Shown: piece after piece, positions 33,742 to 44,135 of the stretch
Layout of the letters: the number at the start of each line of letters is the position of its first letter
How positions within the stretch are numbered: position 1 is the stretch's first letter
Origin: an uncultured Candidatus Binatia bacterium
Lineage (GTDB): Bacteria; Desulfobacterota; Binatia; Bin18
Reading direction: 5' to 3'
Length of the DNA: 64,000 nt
NCBI GenBank assembly: GCA_965214605.1
Contig: OZ243961.1
Span: 1,344,001 to 1,408,000, forward strand
Notes under the pieces: generated by a model
Databases searched by the model: none
What the model was told of the DNA's origin: nothing
What the model saw: the letters and a program-made list of their open reading frames with translations, nothing else
Made by a program: the position numbers and the translations under genes

Positions 33742-36418
33742 GGGCGGCCGGGTCCGCTATCGGCCCGAAGAGATTGAGCCAAAGTGGCAACGTTTCTGGC
33801 TCGAAAACAAGACGTTTCGGGCCGAGATCGACACCAGCAAACCCAAGTATTACATCATGGACATGTTTCCCTATCCGAGCGGTTCAGGGCTGCATGTCGG
33901 CCATCCGGAAGGTTATACGGCAACCGATATTCTGGCTCGCTACAAGCGGATGCGCGGCTTTAATGTCCTGCATCCAATGGGCTGGGACGCGTTTGGCCTA
34001 CCCGCCGAACAGTACGCTATCGAAACCGGAACCCATCCACGAGAGACCACCCAGCGCAATATCAATACCTTTCGACGCCAAATTCAGTCGCTCGGCTTCT
34101 CGTATGACTGGGACCGCGAAATAGCGACCTGTGATCCAGACTACTATCGTTGGACCCAGTGGATTTTTCTCAAGCTGTACGAACGCGGCCTGGCCTACAT
34201 CGCCGAAGTGCCCGTCAACTGGTGCCCGGCGCTGGGGACAGTGTTGGCCAATGAAGAAGTCGTTGACGGCAAGAGTGAACGGGGTGGACATGAGGTTATT
34301 CGACGCCCGATGCGGCAGTGGATGTTGCGGATTACCGCCTATGCCGAGCGTCTATTAGCAGGTCTGGAGCAGCTTGACTGGCCGGAAAATGTCAAAGAGA
34401 TGCAACGCAACTGGATCGGCCGGAGTGAAGGGGCCCGGATCCGCTTCCAGCTGTGTCAGCCGGACGGGACGCCACACACGGACCTGCCGGCCGGACACGA
34501 CGCGTTTTTTGATGTCTTTACCACCCGCCCAGACACCTTGTTTGGCGCGACCTACTGTGTCCTAGCTCCGGAACATCCGCTGGTAGAAGCTAGCACAACA
34601 CCCGACAGACGCGCCACGGTTGAGGCCTATCAACGCGAGGCGGCTCGCAAATCAGACCTGGTCCGGACCGATCTTGTCAAAGAAAAAACTGGGGTTGCCA
34701 CTGGCGCGTATGCGCTCAATCCTGTTAGCGGCCGAGCGATTCCAATCTGGATCGCCGACTATGTGCTGATGAGCTACGGGACCGGAGCAATCATGGCGGT
34801 ACCGAGTGGTGACCAACGTGACTGGGAATTTGCCAGGCTCTTCAACCTCCCGATTATTGAGGTCGTCCAGGGCGGAGACGTGGAGAAAAAAGCCCATACC
34901 GGCGACGGTCCGCATGTCAACTCAGACTTTCTCAACGGCCTCAACGTTGTCGAAGCCAAGGCCAAGATGATCGCCTGGCTAGAGCAGTACGGCCACGGCG
35001 AGGGAACGGTGATATATAAACTGCGGGACTGGCTATTTAGCCGCCAACGCTACTGGGGTGAGCCGTTTCCGATCCTGCACGTCGACAATGAGCCGAAACC
35101 GCTCGACCCCAACGACTTACCGGTCTTACTGCCTGATGTGGAAAGTTTTCGTCCCACCGGTACAGGCGAGCCTCCGCTGACGGCCGCCCGGCAGTGGGTC
35201 GAAACCGAGGACCCCGCGACCGGCAAACCTGCCCTGCGAGAGACCAATACCATGCCCCAGTGGGCGGGCAGCTGTTGGTATTATCTGCGCTATATTGATC
35301 CGTATAACGCCGAGCGTCTATGCGACCCGGAAAAAGAGCAGTATTGGATGCCCGTCGACCTCTACGTTGGGGGTGTTGAGCACGCGGTTTTACACCTCCT
35401 CTACGCCCGATTCTGGCACCATGTCTTGTACGACTGTGACATAGTCTCCACCCCGGAGCCATTCCAGCGCCTGGTCAACCAGGGCATGATCCTGGGCTAC
35501 AGCTATCGCTATTACGAAGACGGTGATGGAAAGCGCTACTGCTATCGGGAGGTACAAAAAAGCACCCCGAACGCAGATGAACCCCTATCCTACCGCTTGA
35601 AATCAAATCCAGACATCAGCCTCTCAATCAAGTATGTGCCGGTCAAGGACGTCCTCTGGCATGAGGAAACCCCGTATCATCCCCAAGACGAGCGCCTCGA
35701 ACTCGAACCCCAAACCGACAAGATGTCAAAGTCGCGGGGCAACGTCGTTAATCCCGACGAAGTGATTGCCGCATATGGGGCGGATGCGCTGCGCTGTTAC
35801 GAGATGTTTATGGGTCCTCTCGAACAGGTTAAACCGTGGAATACGCGTTCAGTTGCCGGGGTTTCACGTTTCCTGGGTCGGGTCTGGTCTTTACTGATCG
35901 CAGATACCGGAGCTGTGCGCCCCCAGATTGTGGACTGGCGTCTCGCTCCGCAGGCGAGCCTGACCCGTCTGCTCCACAAAACGATCCAAAAGGTAACGGA
36001 TGATATAGAGGGCTTGCGGTTTCATACGGCGTTGAGTGCGCTGATGGTTCTGGTCAATGAAGCCCACAAAGCCGAGCACCTGCCCCGGACCCTGGCCGAG
36101 CAGCTCGTCTTACTGCTGGCCCCTTTTGCGCCCCACCTTGCCGAAGAGTTGTGGCAGCGGCTCGACCATGCTGACAGCCTCGCCTATGCCTCCTGGCCGA
36201 GCTATGATCCGGCCCTCATCCGTGAGGACACTCGGACGATTCCTGTCCAGATTAACGGGAAGGTCCGAGCAAAAATTGATATTGCGGCCGATGCTGATCA
36301 GGCTACCCTGCTGGCTGCGGCACGGGAGCATGAGAAGATTCAGGCTTATCTTGAGGGAAAGACACTCCGCCGTGAGATCGTTGTTCCGGGACGGATGGTT
36401 AATTTCGTAGTCTCATGA
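33707..36418 (+). CDS. leuS: Leucine--tRNA ligase
   Basis: [39 protein letters not shown]. Confidence 0.98.
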   Translation: MSQAHPQTAQSKGGRVRYRPEEIEPKWQRFWLENKTFRAEIDTSKPKYYIMDMFPYPSGSGLHVGHPEGYTATDILARYKRMRGFNVLHPMGWDAFGLPAEQYAIETGTHPRETTQRNINTFRRQIQSLGFSYDWDREIATCDPDYYRWTQWIFLKLYERGLAYIAEVPVNWCPALGTVLANEEVVDGKSERGGHEVIRRPMRQWMLRITAYAERLLAGLEQLDWPENVKEMQRNWIGRSEGARIRFQLCQPDGTPHTDLPAGHDAFFDVFTTRPDTLFGATYCVLAPEHPLVEASTTPDRRATVEAYQREAARKSDLVRTDLVKEKTGVATGAYALNPVSGRAIPIWIADYVLMSYGTGAIMAVPSGDQRDWEFARLFNLPIIEVVQGGDVEKKAHTGDGPHVNSDFLNGLNVVEAKAKMIAWLEQYGHGEGTVIYKLRDWLFSRQRYWGEPFPILHVDNEPKPLDPNDLPVLLPDVESFRPTGTGEPPLTAARQWVETEDPATGKPALRETNTMPQWAGSCWYYLRYIDPYNAERLCDPEKEQYWMPVDLYVGGVEHAVLHLLYARFWHHVLYDCDIVSTPEPFQRLVNQGMILGYSYRYYEDGDGKRYCYREVQKSTPNADEPLSYRLKSNPDISLSIKYVPVKDVLWHEETPYHPQDERLELEPQTDKMSKSRGNVVNPDEVIAAYGADALRCYEMFMGPLEQVKPWNTRSVAGVSRFLGRVWSLLIADTGAVRPQIVDWRLAPQASLTRLLHKTIQKVTDDIEGLRFHTALSALMVLVNEAHKAEHLPRTLAEQLVLLLAPFAPHLAEELWQRLDHADSLAYASWPSYDPALIREDTRTIPVQINGKVRAKIDIAADADQATLLAAAREHEKIQAYLEGKTLRREIVVPGRMVNFVVS

Positions 36419-37038
36419 AGGTGAAGTCCACGATCCACATTCGGAGCATGATTCAGCCTGTGACCTGGGTTTTGATCGCGAGCCTGTTAGGGCTAAAGGC
36501 GCTGGCGGTCGGCTGCGGCTATCGTGTTGCGGGACTCCCGAGCTTGCCCCAGGGGGTCACCACTATCAGTTTTGCCGAGTTTGAAAATCACACCCCGGAA
36601 GCTGGGATTGAAAAAGAGCTACAGTGGGCATTTGAGCGAGAATTCCGTACCTATGGCGGGCTAGAAGTGTCCGACCGTGGCGAGGGCATACTGCGTGTCA
36701 GCCTGAATGACATTTCTTTTCGAGCGCGGACGTTTGACCGCCGCGACCAGGTCTTGGAATACGAGGCGGCCCTAGTCTTTGACATTCAGCTCACCCACCG
36801 GGATAGCGGTGAGGTCCTGTGGCAGGCAGATAATATTCGTGTGGTTGAAGATAGTAGCTCGGTGCCTCAGGTGGCCGTGACCACTAGTCCAGATTTTCTG
36901 CAGGGCGCGCTTGACCCCCAAGATCTGCCGGGCTTTACCGACATCCAGTTTTCGGAAGCCCAACGACAGATTTCCTTGGAGCGTTTAGTCAGAGAGGCTG
37001 CCCAGACAGCGTATTTTCGTTTGGGAGAAAATTTTTAG
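36415..37038 (+). CDS. lptE: LPS assembly lipoprotein LptE-like
   Basis: Lipobox-like AVGCGY, FEN.T motif; canonical position after leuS. Confidence 0.75.
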   Translation: MKVKSTIHIRSMIQPVTWVLIASLLGLKALAVGCGYRVAGLPSLPQGVTTISFAEFENHTPEAGIEKELQWAFEREFRTYGGLEVSDRGEGILRVSLNDISFRARTFDRRDQVLEYEAALVFDIQLTHRDSGEVLWQADNIRVVEDSSSVPQVAVTTSPDFLQGALDPQDLPGFTDIQFSEAQRQISLERLVREAAQTAYFRLGENF

Positions 37039-37056
37039 ATCAGACGAGCCCCCAGG

Positions 37057-37338
37057 CTATGACTCGCGAGACAGGGTAGAGGCAGCCCTCCGCTGGACCA
37101 TTTTTGACAGCTGGGAAATTCGCCGGGCGGCGGTATTCGGGTGTAAAATTCTCTTTCTGCCCGCTTTCTGAATCACGCTGATCGCGTTGCGGAGTTGACT
37201 CTTAGTCGCAGCCGCGTCCCCTACCTCAAGAGCGTTGGAGACTCTCTTCATTAAGGTCTTGACCCGTGATTTACTGGCGTGATTCCGGATCCGACGGGCT
37301 TCACTCTGAATAAATCGTTTCTTCTCGGCAAAAGGCAC
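37057..37338 (-). CDS. rpsT: 30S ribosomal protein S20
   Basis: KRFIQSEARRIRN..KSRVKT...ILHPNTAARRIS; GTG start; divergent from murJ. Confidence 0.9.
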   Translation of the reverse strand: MPFAEKKRFIQSEARRIRNHASKSRVKTLMKRVSNALEVGDAAATKSQLRNAISVIQKAGRKRILHPNTAARRISQLSKMVQRRAASTLSRES

Positions 37339-37398
37339 AAGAGGCTCTCCTTTGCGTATAGACTGGACACTTCCTATCATGGACCACGCCAGCGAGCA

Positions 37399-39111
37399 AT
37401 GTCGGCAGTGGAGGGAGAACCAAAGAAGCCGCACCCAACTCGCGCAGAAGTCTTGGTGAGGGAAGAGCACCAGATAGTCCAGGCGGCGGGGCAGATTGGG
37501 GTCTGGACACTGCTCAGTCGGGTAACGGGGCTGATCCGAGATATGCTTATCGCCGGTCTGTTCGGCGCTGGCGCAGTCACCGATGCCTTTTTTGTCGCCT
37601 TTCGGATTCCTAATCTGCTCCGTCGCCTGGTCGGAGAAGGGACGAGTAACGCCGCTCTTATTCCGGTCGTGACCGAGTATATGCTCCACCATTCCCGGAC
37701 AGAAACCCAAGACATGCTGCGCGCCCTGTTAGGGGTAACGAGCGGGGTTCTGCTGGTGCTGACCGGAATCGGGATCGTTTGTGCCGCCCCCCTCGTTCGC
37801 ATTTTTGCGCCGGGCTTTGGGCCGCACCTGCTGGCTCTAACGGTTGCGCTTACCGAGATTACCTTCGTGTATCTCTTTTGCGTTGGTCTCCTCGCCCTAG
37901 CGACCGGAGTGTTACACACGCAGCGGCATTTTAGCGCTCCGGCCTTTGCTCCAGTGCTTTTGAATATCGCGATCATCGGTTGTGCCTTAGGGCTGTCGAG
38001 ATTCCTGATTCAACCGGTCTTCAGCCTAGCTTACGGTGTCGTGCTCGGCGGCGTGCTCCAGGTCGCCTGGCAGATGCCAATCCTTGGCCGTCTGGGACTG
38101 CTCTTGCGTCCGCGGTGGCAACCACATCACCCAGCTATCGTGCAGGTTGGCACGCTACTCGTCCCAGTTGTGTTTGGAGCAGCGGTCTATCAGCTTGGCC
38201 TAGTCGTGAATACGGTGCTGGCCTCTTTGCTCGGTACTGGGAGTGTCTCGGCACTGTGGTACGCCAGTCGGCTGTTCGAATTCCCCCAGGGTATCATTGT
38301 GGCCGCGCTGGCGAGCGCCACTCTGCCGAGCTTAGCCACCCGGGCTCAGCAGCGCGATCTTGTCGGGGTAGCTGAGAGTCTCGGTTTCGCCCTACGGGTC
38401 ACGAATATCGTCGTCGTGCCGACAACGCTGGGACTGTTCGTGCTGGCCGTTCCGATCACCGCAAGCCTCTTCTTTCGTGGAGCGTTCGGGGCCGACCAGG
38501 TCATACACACGGCTAGTATACTCCAAGCCTTTGTTGTCGGGCTGTGGCCGATTGCCGTCAGCCGTCTGTTGGTTTCGTGTTTATACGCCTTGGGCGATAC
38601 CCATACGCCAGTGCGGATCGCCGGGCTGGCTTTGGTGGCCCACGTCTGCTTCAGTCTAGTGCTGGTGGGCAGCCTTGGCGTCCCTGACGACGCCTCTGGC
38701 CTGGCCTATCTCTTTGCCCGTCTGAGTGCTTCTGTTGCCCTGTGCGATTATGGCTTGGTCGGCCTTGGGCTTGCTTCCTCATTGGGGACGATCCTCAATA
38801 TGCTGCTGTTGGCCTTCGTCGTCCCCCGTCGTCTGCCCCAATTTCCATGGTCATCTTGGCTGGCCTCACTGGCCTGGAGTCTCCTGTCCTCAGCCGTGAT
38901 GATCGGACCGGTGTGGCTGCTGGCAAGACAGATTCAGTGGCTCGACCCAGATCTGTCGGTGTTGGGACGCCTGGCTATGTTGTTGGCGGCAATCGGGATC
39001 GGTGTGGCCAGCTTTAGTGTGCTGATATGGTGGGGAAGAAAATCAGACATGAAAGCCCTGACCGGCCTGCTATCCAAGCGTTTGCTTGGCCGCCTGCCAC
39101 AGCTCTTCTAA
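37399..39111 (+). CDS. murJ: Lipid II flippase MurJ
   Basis: TLLSRVTGLIRD, DAFFVAFRIPNLLRRLVGEG, YASRLFEFPQG. Confidence 0.95.
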   Translation: MSAVEGEPKKPHPTRAEVLVREEHQIVQAAGQIGVWTLLSRVTGLIRDMLIAGLFGAGAVTDAFFVAFRIPNLLRRLVGEGTSNAALIPVVTEYMLHHSRTETQDMLRALLGVTSGVLLVLTGIGIVCAAPLVRIFAPGFGPHLLALTVALTEITFVYLFCVGLLALATGVLHTQRHFSAPAFAPVLLNIAIIGCALGLSRFLIQPVFSLAYGVVLGGVLQVAWQMPILGRLGLLLRPRWQPHHPAIVQVGTLLVPVVFGAAVYQLGLVVNTVLASLLGTGSVSALWYASRLFEFPQGIIVAALASATLPSLATRAQQRDLVGVAESLGFALRVTNIVVVPTTLGLFVLAVPITASLFFRGAFGADQVIHTASILQAFVVGLWPIAVSRLLVSCLYALGDTHTPVRIAGLALVAHVCFSLVLVGSLGVPDDASGLAYLFARLSASVALCDYGLVGLGLASSLGTILNMLLLAFVVPRRLPQFPWSSWLASLAWSLLSSAVMIGPVWLLARQIQWLDPDLSVLGRLAMLLAAIGIGVASFSVLIWWGRKSDMKALTGLLSKRLLGRLPQLF

Positions 39112-39867
39112 GCGTTCCAGCGGAGCAGTGTGGATGTCTTCGGCATTTTGGGCTAGCTGGGCTTCGATATAGCGAAAGCGCCGACTGAAGCGGATACTAG
39201 CCCGGCGCAAAGCGGACTCGGCGTTCAGATCAAGGTGGCGGGCTAGGCTGGTCAGGACAAACAGCAAATCACCCAACTCGTGTTCCTGGCGGGCGGTGTC
39301 CGGATCGGAATCCTGAAGCGTCTCGGCTAACTCGCCGACCTCTTCCCGAACTTTCTCAAAGGTCGCTGCTATCGATGTCCAGTCAAAGCCTACCCGTGAA
39401 GCCTTCTCACCCAAACGCTGAGCCTGAATCAGGGCCGGAGCGACCTTGGGCACCCCGGCCAAAATCGACTGGTCTGCTTTCCCTTTTTTCTCCTGATCTT
39501 TGATCTTGACCCAATTCTGAGCCACCTCGTGGGCGTCTTTGACCTGCGTATCCCCAAAGACGTGGGGATGGCGGCGGACCAATTTATCACCAATCGCCTG
39601 AGCCACATCATCAATACTAAACGTACCGGTCTCGGCCATCAGTTGCGAATGGAACACAATCTGGAGCAGCAGGTCGCCGAGTTCTTCCTTGAATTCCGGC
39701 CAGTTCTTGTCCTCCAAAGCTTCGAGGACTTCGTAGGTTTCTTCAAGCAGGTAGGGTGTTAAGGACTCCGGCGTCTGCTCCCGATCCCAGGGACAGCCCC
39801 CGGGGCTCCGCAACTGAGCCATAATTTCGACCAGACGGGCGAATGAAGCGTGCGATTCGTGTGCCAT
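39070..39867 (-). CDS. mazG: Nucleoside triphosphate pyrophosphohydrolase MazG
   Basis: GGCPWDREQT, EETYEVLEA, EELGDLLLQ, RRHPHVF, second ELGDLLF domain. Confidence 0.95.
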   Translation of the reverse strand: MAHESHASFARLVEIMAQLRSPGGCPWDREQTPESLTPYLLEETYEVLEALEDKNWPEFKEELGDLLLQIVFHSQLMAETGTFSIDDVAQAIGDKLVRRHPHVFGDTQVKDAHEVAQNWVKIKDQEKKGKADQSILAGVPKVAPALIQAQRLGEKASRVGFDWTSIAATFEKVREEVGELAETLQDSDPDTARQEHELGDLLFVLTSLARHLDLNAESALRRASIRFSRRFRYIEAQLAQNAEDIHTAPLERLEELWQAAKQTLG

Positions 39868-40053
39868 AGCAGTCGGGATAGAGGAAAAGTGAGAATCGAG
39901 CAAGGGGAGAGACCGTGTTCCGTTAGGAGAGCAGACCAGTGGCCTGAAACGGACGGGCCGCACCGGCGGGAAGCAAACAAGGAGCAGCGTGAACCGGTTC
40001 GGCGCGCACGTTTATAGAGTCTTGTGCACGGCGCGCGCAGACCAGCTGTAGCA

Positions 40054-40240
40054 ATGAGAAGAGGTCTGACATAGCCCGGCAGTACCCCAGGGAATCCTCC
40101 CTCACCGTCGGGTTGACCCAAGGCGATGTGGCAAAAAGACTGCAGGTCTCGAAGACATTTCCCGCCTTGAGGGAGGCAAGGAAGGAGAGCCCGGCGGTTC
40201 ACATACCGAGGAGCAAGTTTGCTTGGGCGCGCCCATCTGT
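40054..40240 (+). pseudogene. Frameshifted XRE-family HTH regulator remnant
   Basis: MRRGLT* / QYPRESSLTVGLTQGDVAKRLQVSKT / ISRLEGGKEGEP in different frames reconstitute a Cro/C1 HTH (GLTQ..VA..L.VS..ISRLE.G). Confidence 0.6.
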
Positions 40241-40248
40241 CCTTCAAT

Positions 40249-40884
40249 TCAACGCAGTATTTTGGCTGTTGTCCGGAAATGCAGCTTGGCTACCTGTCCA
40301 AGGGCGTCTGGACCGTGCCGGCGCACGAACTTTTTGCCAGTCGCAATGACCGTGCTGGCTCCTTTGGGTAGGGTCATACCGTACTCACGGCCTAGGCTCT
40401 GCAAACGGCGCAGAAACTCAGCCCTGGCCACAATCGATGCCGCCGCCACAGCGGTCTCGACCTCCGCACGGGGGAGCTGTGTAATCTGAGCGCAGCGGCC
40501 CTTTTCCATCAGCGCAGTGTTAAGAAAACGCGCGGCACCAAACTGGTCGACGACCACCCGATCGCACGACACGCGTTCAAGCAGATTCTCAATCGTTCGG
40601 GCATGACCCCAGGCCAGGAGCTTATTCAGATTTTTAAACGATGTATACATACTGTTGTAGCGCTCGGGTCCAATCGCTACGATTTCATGCGGGCAGGACT
40701 GTCGAATGTGTGTTGATAAGGCGCTTACTTTTGTGTCGGAGAGGCTTTTGCTGTCCCGTACTCCGGCCTCCCGTAGATATCCTTCTAGCTCGGGCGAGAC
40801 ATACACGCCAGCGATGACGAGCGGGCCGAAGTAGTCACCCTTGCCCGACTCGTCGATACCTATGTATCCGACTGCAGCCGTCAT
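40249..40884 (-). CDS. rnhC: Ribonuclease HIII (catalytic domain only)
   Basis: IGIDESGKGDYFGPLV, GVRDSK.LSD, LLAWGHA, DQF, VAAASIVAR, LPKGAS, AKLHFRT. Confidence 0.88.
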   Translation of the reverse strand: MTAAVGYIGIDESGKGDYFGPLVIAGVYVSPELEGYLREAGVRDSKSLSDTKVSALSTHIRQSCPHEIVAIGPERYNSMYTSFKNLNKLLAWGHARTIENLLERVSCDRVVVDQFGAARFLNTALMEKGRCAQITQLPRAEVETAVAAASIVARAEFLRRLQSLGREYGMTLPKGASTVIATGKKFVRRHGPDALGQVAKLHFRTTAKILR

Positions 40885-41549
40885 CTCACCTCAGGGACCG
40901 CTAATGGTCTGTCTGATGCGCGCACTTCATCATAGACCAGGACGGATCGGCCCCGGACTTCTAGGCGGCCTTCGGCAAACAGCCGAATCGCATACGGATA
41001 GATCCGGTGCTCTTCGGCTAAAATTCGAGCGCTCAGGCTCTCCTCCGTATCATCCGGATACACGGGCACCGCAGCTTGGTGAATAATCGGGCCATGATCC
41101 ATCTCTTCATCCACAAAGTGTACGGTGGTTCCGGCAATTCGGACTCCCCATTCGAGAGCTTGGCGTTGGGCGTGCAGCCCGGGAAACGCAGGTAGCAGGC
41201 CAGGATGAATATTCATAATGCGCTGAGGAAAAGCGCGGATGAACACCGGCGAAAGCAAACGCATAAAACCGGCCAACACAACCAGCTCAACCCCCCGGTT
41301 CCGCAGGACTGTTATCAGCGCGGTCTCAAACGCCCGCCGCGACGGGTAAGCGCGGTGGGGAAGAACCGCGGTTGAGATACCGTGCCGCCTGGCCCGGGTG
41401 AGGCCATAGGCGTCGCTCCGATTGCTCACCACCAGCCGAATCTCGGCGGGGAGCTGGCCGCCCGCAATCGCGTCGATGATCGCTTGCAGATTTGTACCCC
41501 TGCCCGAAATGAGCACGCCCAGTGGGAGGAGAGTCTGTTCAGTACGCAT
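40881..41549 (-). CDS. purN: Phosphoribosylglycinamide formyltransferase
   Basis: LISGRGTNLQA, LAGFMRLL, NIHP.LLP.FPG, GTTVHFV...D.GPII. Confidence 0.96.
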   Translation of the reverse strand: MRTEQTLLPLGVLISGRGTNLQAIIDAIAGGQLPAEIRLVVSNRSDAYGLTRARRHGISTAVLPHRAYPSRRAFETALITVLRNRGVELVVLAGFMRLLSPVFIRAFPQRIMNIHPGLLPAFPGLHAQRQALEWGVRIAGTTVHFVDEEMDHGPIIHQAAVPVYPDDTEESLSARILAEEHRIYPYAIRLFAEGRLEVRGRSVLVYDEVRASDRPLAVPEVR

Positions 41550-42086
41550 ACAATATTCCTCGCACCCAACGAAAAACCATCCGTGTCAGCGTGACACCAC
41601 CAACAGATTGTACTCCCCTCGATACAGCGTCCAGACACACTCTTCAACTGTGGCGCCATGAAGTGTACACATCGTCAACGACCAACAGATATTTTTCGAA
41701 GCAGACGCTCCGAGTCGGACACGGCAACGGCGCCTCTCACATGGGCCCAACGCTGGTGCTCCTTGGGAATTGGTAAAATCTCCACCGACGCCAACGGTCG
41801 AGGTATAGCGGAATGGGCAAAATACGATCCTAGTCCCAGGGGGGCAGCCCACAATGCTCGGCTAATACCATTCCTCGTATACCAGCTGCCTTTGATATTT
41901 AAAACGCGGAATCGCTGTGCTGAGGGGCTGTACGCTTTTTCCTGGACTGTCATAGATAGGGCCACGCTCGAGCCCGGCGAAAGGCGGGTTCACCTCAAGA
42001 ACAGCGGCGACATACCAGCAGGTGACTGGCGACAAACGCTAAGACGCAGCAGTTACGGAACGGAACGATACTCGGCTTGACCCCCC

Positions 42087-42191
42087 TGCGACACGTGGGA
42101 CAGGAAAACGGTCCGGATTCATAAATCGCAGTACACCCAAGACAACGTTGGGAGTATCACAAAGGGAAGGTCGCGGGTCCGACGTGTCGCA
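42087..42191. repeat. 105-bp element bounded by 15-bp inverted repeats
   Basis: TGCGACACGTGGGAC (42087-42101) and GTCCGACGTGTCGCA (42177-42191), 14/15 complementary. Confidence 0.5.
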
Positions 42192-42377
42192 TGTGTGTCC
42201 TCATCCACAGTGTTGTATACTGCCTGTAGTGCGGGGGTGCGCAATTCTTGGGCCGTTCCTACGCCCCTGTCAGCCCCTAGCTAAGGGCTTGTTTTCGGGG
42301 CTGTGCTCAGATATTGATAGCGGCGGAAACCATAGACGAGAAGCAGAATACTACGGATAACGGAAGGAGTTCTGGTT

Positions 42378-42839
42378 ATGGCGGTAGAGGGAACAGGCAA
42401 TAAACAACGTGCAATCGTCCCGATGTTGCGCTTGCCGATCTCCCCCGATACAAAACCCTATCTGGTCGGCCATCGCTGCCCCTCGTGTGGCGCCCATTTT
42501 ATCGGTGCCGGTCGGGTGGGCTGTAGTAAATGTACCGCAACAGAGCCGCTCACCGAGGTCAAACTCAGCGACCACGGGACTCTGTATGTCTACTCCATCG
42601 TCCATCAATCGGTCCCTGGCGTTCCGGTTCCCTATGTCTCGGCTATTGTTGACCTACCTGAGGGAGTCAGTGTGCGCTGCAATCTGGTCGATGTTGAGCC
42701 CGACCCAGCCAAACTGCAGTTCGGCATGCCGGTTGAGATGGTAACCCGGAAAGTACGCGAACGCAAAGAGAAAAATGACCAGGGCGAAGAAGAAACCATT
42801 GATATCATCGCTTTCTTCTTTAAGCCCAGTCAGAACTGA
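42378..42839 (+). CDS. DUF35 Zn-ribbon/OB-fold protein
   Basis: RCPSCG...GCSKC, GTLYVYSIVH, PYVSAIVDL.EG, GMPVEMV. Confidence 0.9.
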   Translation: MAVEGTGNKQRAIVPMLRLPISPDTKPYLVGHRCPSCGAHFIGAGRVGCSKCTATEPLTEVKLSDHGTLYVYSIVHQSVPGVPVPYVSAIVDLPEGVSVRCNLVDVEPDPAKLQFGMPVEMVTRKVRERKEKNDQGEEETIDIIAFFFKPSQN

Positions 42840-42903
42840 GCGACGGATCGGATTCCGCCGAGCCACAGATGAGACACCACGCCGCAGAAAGGGAGGCAAA
42901 ATC

Positions 42904-44040
42904 ATGCGAGACGTATATGTACTTGGTGTAGGAATGATCAAATTTGGCCGCTATCCAGATAAGGACATTTCCCAGCTCGGCGGCGAAGCCGCCCTTGGTG
43001 CCCTCAAAGACGCCAGTATGTCCATTAAAGATATTGAGATGTTCGTGTGTGGCAACCTGTTTCAAGCCAACGCGATGAATGGGCAGAAAATTCTTCAACA
43101 GATCGGGCAAACCGGGATCCCCGTCTTTAACGTATCCAACGCCTGTGCAACTGGCTCAACCGCTTTCCGCGAAGCCTACGTTGGCGTTGCTTCGGGCATG
43201 TACGACGTCACCATGGCAGTCGGCGTTGAGCAGATGGGGAAAATGGGTCTGCTGGGCGGCGGTGCACGCAGCGGCGGCGAGAGTGTTGAAGGTGTCTTAG
43301 GCAGTGGCCTTATGCCAGCAGTATTCGGACAAGCTGGGGTCGAACATATGCGCCAATATGGCACCACCGCTGAACAGTTTGCCAAAATCTCGGTCAAAAA
43401 CCACAAACATTCGGTGCATAACCCCCTGTCCCAGTACCAGGTTGAGGTCTCTCTAGACGACGTGATGAAAGCCCGGATGGTTGCCTACCCGAACACCTTG
43501 TACATGTGCTGTCCGACGGGCGACGGGGCAGCCGCGGCTATTCTCGTCTCTGAAGAAAAGATGAAACAGTTCACGACGAAACCTATCAAGGTGGCGGCTT
43601 CTGTTCTGACGTCTGATCCATATACCGAGCGCGATCTGACCATGCCCGACGTCAACACCCTGACCCAAAATGCGGCCAAACAGGCTTATGAAAAATCCGG
43701 CCTTGGTCCCCAAGATCTTGATTTGGTCGAACTCCACGACTGTTTTGCCACGGCCGAGCTGCTGCACTATGAAAATCTTGGACTGTGTGGTGAGGGCGAA
43801 GCCGGTCAGCTGATCGACCAAGGCGAGACCGCTCTAGGTGGTAATATCCCGGTCAACGTCAGCGGCGGTCTGCTGTCAAAAGGACATCCGCTCGGCGCGA
43901 CCGGCGTGGCCAATATCTATGAGCTCGTCAACCAGCTACGTGGCAACGGCGGAGCACGGCAGGTCGATGGAGCCAAAGCCGGTCTGGCCCACGTCATTGG
44001 TCTGGGTTCGGCGTGCACGGTTCATATTCTCACCGCCTGA
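42904..44040 (+). CDS. SCP2-type thiolase / lipid-transfer protein
   Basis: VSNACATG, CCPTGDGAAA, LHDCF, SKGHPLGATG; GGAGG SD. Confidence 0.9.
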   Translation: MRDVYVLGVGMIKFGRYPDKDISQLGGEAALGALKDASMSIKDIEMFVCGNLFQANAMNGQKILQQIGQTGIPVFNVSNACATGSTAFREAYVGVASGMYDVTMAVGVEQMGKMGLLGGGARSGGESVEGVLGSGLMPAVFGQAGVEHMRQYGTTAEQFAKISVKNHKHSVHNPLSQYQVEVSLDDVMKARMVAYPNTLYMCCPTGDGAAAAILVSEEKMKQFTTKPIKVAASVLTSDPYTERDLTMPDVNTLTQNAAKQAYEKSGLGPQDLDLVELHDCFATAELLHYENLGLCGEGEAGQLIDQGETALGGNIPVNVSGGLLSKGHPLGATGVANIYELVNQLRGNGGARQVDGAKAGLAHVIGLGSACTVHILTA

Positions 44041-44061
44041 TCTTCCTGTTCCCTCTCTTTC

Positions 44062-44100
44062 CAGCAGGGGTTGGTTAAAACCCAACCCCTGCTGTCTCTT
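44062..44100 (+). terminator. Intrinsic terminator after the thiolase
   Basis: Perfect 13-bp stem CAGCAGGGGTTGG/CCAACCCCTGCTG followed by TCTCTT. Confidence 0.65.
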
Positions 44101-44135
44101 GTGCCATACCATCCTACTATGCAGGAGCATACCGC

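Noticed and set aside
39930-40240. Possible 6S/SRP/other structured RNA (CCTCCCTCA...TGAGGGAGG stem)
   Set aside because: No 6S, SRP, RNase P or tmRNA consensus; better explained as an XRE pseudogene
42022-42032. GTGACTGGCGA, the core motif of the ZMP/ZTP riboswitch, near purN
   Set aside because: Wrong strand for purN and the downstream CGCCTGGG pseudoknot element is missing
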